Assembly: GCA_043228905.1 (NCBI GenBank)
Contig: JBHGNT010000303.1
Location: 1-37,189, forward strand
DNA length: 37,189 nt
Direction: 5' to 3'
From: Azolla caroliniana
Taxonomy: Eukaryota > Plantae > Polypodiophyta
Shown here: positions 1 to 11,396 of the stretch, piece after piece
Layout: each line of letters begins with the position of its first letter
Numbering within the stretch: position 1 is the stretch's first letter
Position numbers and translations under genes: made by a program
The notes under the pieces: model-generated
Database searches by the model: none
What the model was told of the DNA's origin: nothing
Seen by the model: the letters and a program-made list of their open reading frames with translations, nothing else

Positions 1-2161
1 CCTCAAATTTGGTAATTTCGTCATGTCTCTCGACCTGAGTTTCAAAATCTTGATTTTTTAATTCCATATCATAGCTAGCGTTGTTAGCTTCGATTCGCGT
101 GCTTCAACACAAAAATCCGATATCACACTCCCCAGGTATGAACATTTTAATTTACTCAAGGGCTCCTCTGAACTCCCTCCTCATGTTTGGTAATTTCGTC
201 ATGTCTCTCGACCTGAGTTTCAAAATCTTGATTTTTTAATTCCATATCATAGCTAGCGTTGTTAGCTTCGATTTGCAGGCTTCAACACAAAAATCCGATA
301 TCACACGAGCCAGGTATGAACATTTTAATTTACCAACTAGCTCTTCCCAACTCACTCCTCAAATTTGGTAATTTCGTCATGTCTCTCGACCTGAGTTTCA
401 AAATCTTGATTTTTTAATTCCATATCATAGCAAGCGTTGTTAGCTTCGATTCGCATGTTTGAACACAAAAATCCGATATCACACGTGCCAGGTATGAACA
501 TTTTAATTTACCTACAAGCTCTTCCCAACTCACTCCTCAATTTTGGTAATTTCGTCATGTCTCTCGTCCTGAGTTTCGAAATCTTGATTTTTTAATTCTA
601 TATCATAGCTAGCGTTGTTAGCTTCGATTTGCATGTTTGAACACAAAAATCCGATATCACACGAGCAAGGTATGAACATTTTAATTTACCAACTAGCTCT
701 TCCCAACTCACTCCTCAAATTTGGTAATTTCGTCATGTCTCTCGACCTGAGTTTCAAAATCTTGATTTTTTAATTCCATATCATAGCTAGCGTTGTTAGC
801 TTCGATTCGCGTGCTTCAACACAAAAATCCGATATCACACTCCCCAGGTATGAACATTTTAATTTACTCAAGGGCTCCTCTGAACTCCCTCCTCATGTTT
901 GGTAATTTCGTCATGTCTCTCGACCTGAGTTTCAAAATCTTGATTTTTTAATTCCATATCATAGCTAGCGTTGTTAGCTTCGATTTGCAGGCTTCAACAC
1001 AAAAATCCGATATCACACGAGCCAGGTATGAACATTTTAATTTACCAACTAGCTCTTCCCAACTCACTCCTCAAATTTGGTAATTTCGTCATGTCTCTCG
1101 ACCTGAGTTTCAAAATCTTGATTTTTTAATTCCATATCATAGCTAGCATTGTTAGCTTCGATTCGCATGTTTGAACACAAAAATCCGATATCACACGTGC
1201 CAGGTATGAACATTTTAATTTACCTACAAGCTCTTCCCAACTCACTCCTCAAATTTGGTAATTTCGTCATGTCTCTCGACCTGAGTTTCAAAATCTTGAT
1301 TTTTTAATTCCATATCATAGCTAGCGTTGTTAGCTCTGATTCGCGTGCTTCAACACAAAAATCCGATATCACACGAGCCAGGTATGAACATTTTAATTGA
1401 CTCAAGGGCTCCTGTGAACTCCCTCCTCATGTTTGGTAATTTCGTCATGTCTCTCGACCTGAGTTTCAAAATCTTGATTTTTTAATTCCATATCATAGCT
1501 AGTATTGTTAGCTTCGATTCGCATGTTTGAAAACAAAAATCCGATATCACACGAGCCAGGTATGAACATTTTAATTTACCTACAAGCTCTTCCCACCTCA
1601 CTCCTCAAATTTGGTAATTTCGTCATGTCTCTCGACCTGAGTTTCAAAATCTCGATTTTTTAATTCCATATCATAGGTAGCATTGTTAGCTTCGATTCGC
1701 ATGTTTGAACACAAAAATCCGATATCACACGAGCCAGGTATGAACATTTTAATTTACCAACTAGCTCTTCCCAACTCACTCCTCAAATTTGGTAATTTCG
1801 TCATGTCTCTCGACCTGAGTTTCAAAATCTTGATTTTTTAATTCCATATCATAGCTACCATTGTTAGCTTCGATTCGCATGTTTGAATACAAAAATCCGA
1901 TATCACACGAGCCAGGTATGAACATTTTAATTTACCAACTAGCTCTTCCCAACTCACTCCTCAAATTTGGTAATTTCGTCATGTCTCTCGACCTGAGTTT
2001 CAAAATCTTGATTTTTTAATTCCATATCATAGCTAGCGTTGTTAGCTTCGATTCGCATGCTTGAACACAAAAATCCGATATCACACTCCCCAGGTATGAA
2101 CATTTTAATTTACCTACAAGCTCTTCCCAACTCACTCCTCAAATTTGGTAATTTCGTCATG

Positions 2162-5100
2162 TCTCTCGACCTGAGTTTCAAAATCTTGATTTTTTAATTC
2201 CATATCATAGCTAGCATTGTTAGCTTCGATTTGCAGGCTTCAACACAAAAATCCGATATCACACTCCCCAGGTCTTAACATTTTAATTTACCAACTAGCT
2301 CTTCCCAACTCACTCCTCAAATTTGGTAATTTCGTCATGTCTCTCGACCTGAGTTTCAAAATCTTGATTTTTTAATTCCATATCATAGCAAGCGTTGTTA
2401 GCTTCGATTCGCATGTTTGAATACAAAAATCCGATATCACACGTGCCAGGTATGAACATTTTAATTTACCAACTAGCTCTTCCCAACTCACTCCTCAAAT
2501 TTGGTAATTTCGTCATGTCTCTCGACCTGAGTTTCAAAATCTTGATTTTTTAATTCCATATCATAGCTAGCATTGTTAGCTTCGATTCGCATGTTTGAAT
2601 ACAAAAATCCGATATCACACGAGCCAGGTATGAATATTTTAATTTACCTACTAGCTCTTCCCAACTCATTCCTAAAATTTGGTAATTTCGTCATGTCTCT
2701 CGACCTGAGTTTCAAAATCTTGATTTTTTAATTCCATATCATAGCTAGCATTGTTAGCTTCGATTCGCATGTTTGAACACAAAAATCCGATATCACACGA
2801 GCCAGGTATGAACATTTTAATTTACCAACTAGCTCTTCCCAACTCACTCCTCAAATTTGGTAATTTCGTCATGTCTCTCGTCCTGAGTTTCGAAATCTCG
2901 ATTTTGTAATTCTATATCATAACTAGCGTTGTTAGCTTCGATTCGCATGTTTGAACACAAAAATCCGATATCACACGAGCCAGGTATGAACATTTTAATT
3001 TACCAACTAGCTCTTCCCAACTCACTCCTCAAATTTGGTAATTTCGTCATGTCTCTCGACCTGAGTTTCAAAATCTTGATTTTTTATTCCATATCATAGC
3101 TAGCGTTGTTAGCTTCGATTCGCATGTTTGAACACAAAAATCCGATATCACACGAGCCAGGTATGAACATTTTAATTTACTCAAGGGCTCCTCTGAACTC
3201 ACTCCTCAAATTTGGTAATTTCGTCATGTCTCTCGACCTGAGTTTCAAAATCTTGATTTTTTAATTCCATATCATAGCTAGCGTTGTTAGCTTCGATTCG
3301 CATGTTTGAACACAAAAATCCGATATCACACGAGCCAGGTATGAACATTTTAATTTACCTACTAGCTCTTCCCAAATCACTCCTCAAATTTGGTAATTTC
3401 GTCATGTGTCTCGACCTGAGTTTCAAAATCTTGATTTTTTAATTCCATATCATAGCTAGCATTGTTAGCTTCGATTCGCATGTTTGAATACAAAAATCCG
3501 ATATCACACGAGCCAGGTATGAATATTTTAATTTACCTACTAGCTCTTCCCAACTCATTCCTAAAATTTGGTAATTTCGTCATGTCTCTCGACCTGAGTT
3601 TCAAAATCTCGATTTTTTAATTCCATATCATAGCAAGCGTTGTTAGCTTCGATTCACATGTTTGAACACAAAAATCCGATATCACACGTGCCAGGTATGA
3701 ACATTTTAATTTACATGCAAGCTCTTCCCAACTCACTCCTCAAATTTGGTAATTTCGTCATGTCTCTCGACCTGAGTTTAAAAATCTTGATTTTTTAATT
3801 CCATATCATAGCTAGCGTTGTTAGCTTCGATTCGCGTGCTTCAACACAAAAATCGATATCACACTCCCCAGGTATGAACATTTTAATTTACTCAAGGGCT
3901 CCTCTGAACTCCCTCCTCATGTTTGGTAATTTCGTCATGTCTCTCGACCTGAGTTTCAAAATCTTGATTTTTTAATTCCATATCATAGCTAGCGTTGTTA
4001 GCTTCGATTTGCAGGCTTCAACACAAAAATCCGATATCACGCGAGCCAGGTATGAACATTTTAATTTACCTACAAGCTCTTCCCAACTCACTCCTCAAAT
4101 TTGGTAATTTCGTCATATCTCTCGACCTGAGTTTCAAAATCTTGATTTTTTAATTCCATATCATAGCTAGCATTGTTAGCTTCGATTTGCAGGCTTCAAC
4201 ACAAAAATCCGATATCACACTCCCCAGGTCTTAACATTTTAATTTACCAACTAGCTCTTCCCAACTCACTCCTCAAATTTGGTAATTTCGTCATGTCTCT
4301 CGACCTGAGTTTCAAAATCTTGATTTTTTAATTCCATATCATAGCAAGCGTTGTTAGCTTCGATTCGCATGTTTGAACACAAAAATCCGATATCACACGT
4401 GCCAGGTATGAACATTTTAATTTACCAACTAGCTCTTCCCAACTCACTCCTCAAATTTGGTAATTTCGTCATGTCTCTCGACCTGAGTTTCAAAATCTTG
4501 ATTTTTTAATTCCATATCATAGCTAGCATTGTTAGCTTCGATTCGCATGTTTGAATACAAAAATCCGATATCACACGAGCCAGGTATGAATATTTTAATT
4601 TACCTACTAGCTCTTCCCAACTCATTCCTAAAATTTGGTAATTTCGTCATGTCTCTCGACCTGAGTTTCAAAATCTTGATTTTTTAATTCCATATCATAG
4701 CTAGCATTGTTAGCTTCGATTCGCATGTTTGAACACAAAAATCCGATATCACACGAGCCAGGTATGAACATTTTAATTTACCAACTAGCTCTTCCCAACT
4801 CACTCCTCAAATTTGGTAATTTCGTCATGTCTCTCGTCCTGAGTTTCGAAATCTCGATTTTTTAATTCTATATCATAACTAGCGTTGTTAGCTTCGATTC
4901 GCATGTTTGAACACAAAAATCCGATATCACACGAGCCAGGTATGAACATTTTAATTTACCAACTAGCTCTTCCCAACTCACTCCTCAAATTTGGTAATTT
5001 CGTCATGTCTCTCGACCTGAGTTTCAAAATCTTGATTTTTTATTCCATATCATAGCTAGCGTTGTTAGCTTCGATTCGCATGTTTGAACACAAAAATCCG

Positions 5101-6143
5101 ATATCACACGAGCCAGGTATGAACATTTTAATTTACTCAAGGGCTCCTCTGAACTCACTCCTCAAATTTGGTAATTTCGTCATGTCTCTCGACCTGAGTT
5201 TCAAAATCTTGATTTTTTAATTCCATATCATAGCTAGCGTTGTTAGCTTCGATTCGCATGTTTGAACACAAAAATCCGATATCACACGAGCCAGGTATGA
5301 ACATTTTAATTTACCTACTAGCTCTTCCCAAATCACTCCTCAAATTTGGTAATTTCGTCATGTGTCTCGACCTGAGTTTCAAAATCTTGATTTTTTAATT
5401 CCATATCATAGCTAGCATTGTTAGCTTCGATTCGCATGTTTGAATACAAAAATCCGATATCACACGAGCCAGGTATGAATATTTTAATTTACCTACTAGC
5501 TCTTCCCAACTCATTCCTAAAATTTGGTAATTTCGTCATGTCTCTCGACCTGAGTTTCAAAATCTCGATTTTTTAATTCCATATCATAGCAAGCGTTGTT
5601 AGCTTCGATTCACATGTTTGAACACAAAAATCCGATATCACACGTGCCAGGTATGAACATTTTAATTTACATGCAAGCTCTTCCCAACTCACTCCTCAAA
5701 TTTGGTAATTTCGTCATGTCTCTCGACCTGAGTTTAAAAATCTTGATTTTTTAATTCCATATCATAGCTAGCGTTGTTAGCTTCGATTCGCGTGCTTCAA
5801 CACAAAAATCGATATCACACTCCCCAGGTATGAACATTTTAATTTACTCAAGGGCTCCTCTGAACTCCCTCCTCATGTTTGGTAATTTCGTCATGTCTCT
5901 CGACCTGAGTTTCAAAATCTTGATTTTTTAATTCCATATCATAGCTAGCGTTGTTAGCTTCGATTTGCAGGCTTCAACACAAAAATCCGATATCACGCGA
6001 GCCAGGTATGAACATTTTAATTTACCTACAAGCTCTTCCCAACTCACTCCTCAAATTTGGTAATTTCGTCATATCTCTCGACCTGAGTTTCAAAATCTTG
6101 ATTTTTTAATTCCATATCATAGCTAGCATTGTTAGCTTCGATT
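2162..6143. repeat. Tandem duplication of an 11-monomer higher-order repeat (period 1956 bp)
   Basis: Private markers recur at +1956 (11x178-2): ggtcttaac 2271/4227, 1-bp deletion tttattcc 3086/5042, 1-bp deletion aatcgat 3853/5809, acatgcaag 3713/5669, catatct 4117/6073. I saw mismatches at 2422/4378 and 2906/4862. Confidence 0.93.
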
Positions 6144-9100
6144 CGCATGTTTGAACACAAAAATCCGATATCACACTCCCCAGGTATGAACATTTTAATT
6201 TACCTACTAGCTCTTCCCAACTCACTCCTCAAATTTGGTAATTTCGTCATGTCTCTCGACCTGAGTTTCAAAATCTTGATTTTTTAATTCCATATCATAC
6301 CAAGCGTTGTTAGCTTCGATTCGCATGTTTGAACACAAAAATCCGATATCACACGTGCCAGGTATGAACATTTTAATTTACCTACAAGCTCTTCCCAACT
6401 CACTCCTCAAATTTGGTAATTTCGTCATGTCTCTCGACCTGAGTTTTAAAATCTTGATTTTTCAATTCCATAACATAGCTAGTGTGTTTAGCTTCGATTC
6501 GCATTTTTGAACACAAAAATCCGATATCACACGAGCCAGGTATGAACATTTTAATTTACTCAAGGGCTCCTCTGAACTCCCTCCTCATGTTTGGTAATTT
6601 CGTCATGTCTCTCGACCTGAGTTTCAAAATCTTGATTTTTTAATTCCATATCATAGCTAGCGTTGTTAGCTTCGATTCGCATGTTTGAACACAAAAATCC
6701 GATATCACACGAGCCAGGTATGAACATTTTAATTTACCTACTAGCTCTTCCCAACTCATTCCTCAAATTTGGTAATTTCGTCATGTCTCTCGACCTGAGT
6801 TTTAAAATCTTGATTTTTTAATTCCATATCATAGCTAGCGTTGTTAGCTTCGATTCGCATGTTTGAACACAAAAATCCGATATCACACGAGCCAGGTATG
6901 AACATTTTAATTTACCTACTAGCTCTTCCCAACTCACTCCTCAAATTTGGTAATTTCGTCATGTCTCTCGACCTGAGTTTCAAAATCTTGATTTTTTAAT
7001 TCCATATCATAGCTAGCATTGTTAGCTTCGATTCGCATGTTTGAACACAAAAATCCGATATCACACGAGCCAGGTATGAACATTTTAATTTACCAACTAG
7101 CTCTTCCCAACTCACTCCTCAAATTTGGTAATTTCGTCATGTCTCTCGACCTGAGTTTCAAAATCTTGATTTTTTAATTCCATATCATAGCTAGCATTGT
7201 TAGCTTCGATTCGCATGTTTGAATACAAAAATCCGATATCACACGAGCCAGGTATGAACATTTTAATTTACCTACAAGCTCTTCCCAACTCATTCCTCAA
7301 ATTTGGTAATTTCGTCATGTCTCTCGACCTGAGTTTCAAAATCTTGATTTTTTAATTCCATATCATAGCTAGCGTTGTTAGCTTCGATTTGCAGGCTTCA
7401 ACACAAAAATCCGATATCACACGAGCCAGGTATGAACATTTTAATTTACCAACTAGCTCTTCCCAACTCACTCCTCAAATTTGGTAATTTCGTCATGTCT
7501 CTCGACCTGAGTTTCAAAATCTTGATTTTTTAATTCCATATCATAGCTAGCGTTGTTAGCTTCGATTTGCAGGCTTCAACACAAAAATCCGATATCACAC
7601 GAGCCAGGTATGAACATTTTAAATTACCTACAAGCTCTTCCCAACTCACTCCTCAAATTTGGTAATTTTGTCATGTCTCTCGACCTGAGTTTCAAAATCC
7701 TTATTTTTCAATTCCATAACATAGCTAGTGTGTTTAGCTTCGATTCGCATGTTTGAACACAAAAATCCGATATCACACGAGCCAGGTATGAACATTTTAA
7801 TTTATCAACTAGCTCTTCCCAACTCACTCCTCAAATTTGGTAATTTCGTCATGTCTCTCGACCTGAGTTTCAAAATCTTGATTTTTTAATTCCATATCAT
7901 AGCTAGCGTTGTTAGCTTCGATTTGCAGGCTTCAACACAAAAATCCGATATCACACGAGCCAGGTATGAACATTTTAAATTACCTACAAGCTCTTCCCAA
8001 CTCACTCCTCAAATTTGGTAATTTCGTCATATCTCTCGACCTGAGTTTCAAAATCTTAATTTTTTAATTCTATATCATAGCTAGCATTGTTAGCTTCGAT
8101 TCGCATGTTTGAACACAAAAATCCGATATCACACGAGCCAGGTATGAATATTTTAATTTACCTACTAGCTCTTCCCAACTCATTCCTAAAATTTGGTAAT
8201 TTCGTCATGTCTCTCGACCTGAGTTTCAAAATCTTGATTTTTTAATTCCATATCATACCAAGCGTTGTTAGCTTCGATTCGCATGTTTGAACACAAAAAT
8301 CCGATATCACACGTGCCAGGTATGAACATTTTAATTTACCTACAAGCTCTCCCCAACTCACTCCTCAAATTTGGTAATTTCGTCATGTCTCTCGACCTGA
8401 GTTTCAAAATCTTGATTTTTTAATTCCATATCATAGCTAGCGTTGTTAGCTTCGATTCGCGTGCTTCAACACAAAAATCCGATATCACACTCCCCAGGTA
8501 TGAACATTTTAATTTACTCAAGGGCTCTTCTGAAATCCCTCCTCATGTTTGGTAATTTCGTCATGTCTCTCGACCTGAGTTTCAAAATCTTGATTTTTTA
8601 ATTCCATATCATAGCTAGCGTTGTTAGCTTCGATTCGCATGTTTGAACACAAAAATCCGATATCACACGAGCCAGGTATGAACATTTTAATTTACCAACT
8701 AGCTCTTCCCAACTCACTCCTCAAATTTGGTAATTTCGTCATGTCTCTCGACCTGAGTTTCAAAATCTTGATTTTTTAATTCCATATCATAGCAAGCGTT
8801 GTTAGCTTCGATTCGCATGTTTGAACACAAAAATCCGATATCACACGTGCCAGGTATGAACATTTTAATTTACCTACAAGCTCTTCCCAACTCACTCCTC
8901 AAATTTGGTAATTTCGTCATGTCTCTCGACCTGAGTTTCAAAATCTTGATTTTTTAATTCCATATCATAGCTAGCGTTGTTAGCTCTGATTCGCGTGCTT
9001 CAACACAAAAATCCGATATCACACTCCCCAGGTATGAACATTTTAATTGACTCAAGGGCTCCTGTGAACTCCCTCCTCATGTTTGGTAATTTCGTCATGT

Positions 9101-11396
9101 CTCTCGACCTGAGTTTCAAAATCTTGATTTTTTAATTCCATATCATAGCTAGCATTGTTAGCTTCGATTCGCATGTTTGAACACAAAAATCCGATATCAC
9201 ACGAGCCAGGTATGAACATTTTAATTTACCTACTAGCTCTTCCCAACTCACTCCTCAAATTTGGTAATTTCGTCATGTCTCTCGACCTGAGTTTCAAAAT
9301 CTTGATTTTTTAATTCCATATCATAGCTAGCGTTGTTAGCTTCGATTTGCAGGCTTCAACACAAAAATCCGATATCACACGAGCCAGGTATGAACATTTT
9401 AATTTACCTACAAGCTCTTCCCAACTCACTCCTGAAATTTGGTAATTTCGTCATATCTCTCGACCTGAGTTTCAAAATCTTGATTTTTTAATTCCATATC
9501 ATAGCTAGCATTGTTAGCTTTGATTCGCATGTTTGAACACAAAAATCCGATATCACACGAGCCAGGTATGAACATTTTAATTTACCAACTAGCTCTTCCC
9601 AACTCACTCCTCAAATTTGGTAATTTCGTCATGTCTCTCGTCCTGAGTTTCGAAATCTTGATTTTTTAATTCTATATCATAGCTAGCGTTGTTAGCTTCG
9701 ATTTGCATGTTTGAACACAAAAATCCGATATCACACGAGCCAGGTATGAACATTTTAATTTACCAACTAGCTCTTCCCAACTCACTCCTCAAATTTGGTA
9801 ATTTCGTCATGTCTCTCGACCTGAGTTTCAAAATCTTGATTTTTTAATTCCATATCATAGCTAGCATTGTTAGCTTCGATTCACATGTTTGAACACAAAA
9901 ATCCGATATCACACGAGCCAGGTATGAACATTTTAATTTACCAACTAGCTCTTCCCAACTCACTCCTCAAATTTGGTAATTTCGTCATGTCTCTCGACCC
10001 GAGTTTCAAAATCTTGATTTTTTAATTCCATATCATAGCTAGCGTTGTTAGCTTCGATTCGCGTGCTTCAACACAAAAATCCGATATCACACTCCCTAGG
10101 TATGAACATTTTAATTTACTCAAGGGCTCCTCTGAACTCCCTCCTCATGTTTGGTAATTTCGTCATGTCTCTCGACCTGAGTTTCAAAATCTTGATTTTT
10201 TAATTCCATATCATAGCTAGCGTTGTTAGCTTCGATTTGCAGGCTTCAACACAAAAATCCGATATCACACGAGCCAGGTATGAACATTTTAATTTACCAA
10301 CTAGCTCTTCCCAACTCACTCCTCAAATTTGGTAATTTCGTCATGTCTCTCGACCTGAGTTTCAAAATCTAGATTTTTTAATTCCATATCATAGCAAGCG
10401 TTGTTAGCTTCGATTCGCATGTTTGAACACAAAAATCCGATATCACACGTGCCAGGTATGAACATTTTAATTTACCTACAAGCTCTTCCCAACTCACTCC
10501 TGAAATTTGGTAATTTCGTCATATCTCTCGACCTGAGTTTCAAAATCTTGATTTTTTAATTCCATATCATAGCTAGCATTGTTAGCTTTGATTCGCATGT
10601 TTGAACACAAAAATCCGATATCACACGAGCCAGGTATGAACATTTTAATTTACCTACTAGCTCTTCCCAACTCATTCCTCAAATTTGGTAATTTCGTCAT
10701 GTCTCTCGTCCTGAGTTTCGAAATCTTGATTTTTTAATTCTATATCATAGCTAGCGTTGTTAGCTTCGATTTGCATGTTTGAACACAAAAATCCGATATC
10801 ACACGAGCCAGGTATGAACATTTTAATTTACCAACTAGCTCTTCCCAACTCACTCCTCAAATTTGGTAATTTCGTCATGTCTCTCGACCTGAGTTTCAAA
10901 ATCTTGATTTTTTAATTCCATATCATAGCTAGCGTTGTTAGCCTCGATTCGCATGTTTGAACACAAAAATCCGATATCACACGAGCCAGGTATGAACATT
11001 TTAATTTACCTACTAGCTCTTCCCAACTCACTCCTCAAATTTGGTAATTTCGTCATGTCTCTCGACCTGAGTTTCAAAATCTTGATTTTTCAATTCCATA
11101 ACATAGCTAGTGTGTTTAGCTTCGATTCGCATGTTTGAACACAAAAATCCGATATCACACGAGCCAGATATGAACATTTTAATTTACCTACAAGCTCTTC
11201 CCAACTCACTCCTCAAATTTGGTAATTTCGTCATGTCTCTCGACCTGAGTTTCAAAATTTTGATTTTTTAATTCCATAACATTGCTAGTGTGTTTAGCTT
11301 CGATTCGCATGTTTGAACACAAAAATCCGATATCACACGAGCCAGGTATGAACATTTTAATTTACTCAAGGGCTCCTTTGAACTCCCTCCTCATGT

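Noticed and set aside
16-105. CENP-B box at the ttcg motifs
   Set aside because: TTCG is present, but the required downstream A..CGGG of NTTCGNNNNANNCGGGN is missing.
1-178. Identity with Arabidopsis CEN178, primate alpha satellite, or 5S rDNA/tRNA arrays
   Set aside because: Only the length is similar to those satellites. I see none of the motifs I recall for these families and no 5S or tRNA structure. This rests on memory, not on a database search.
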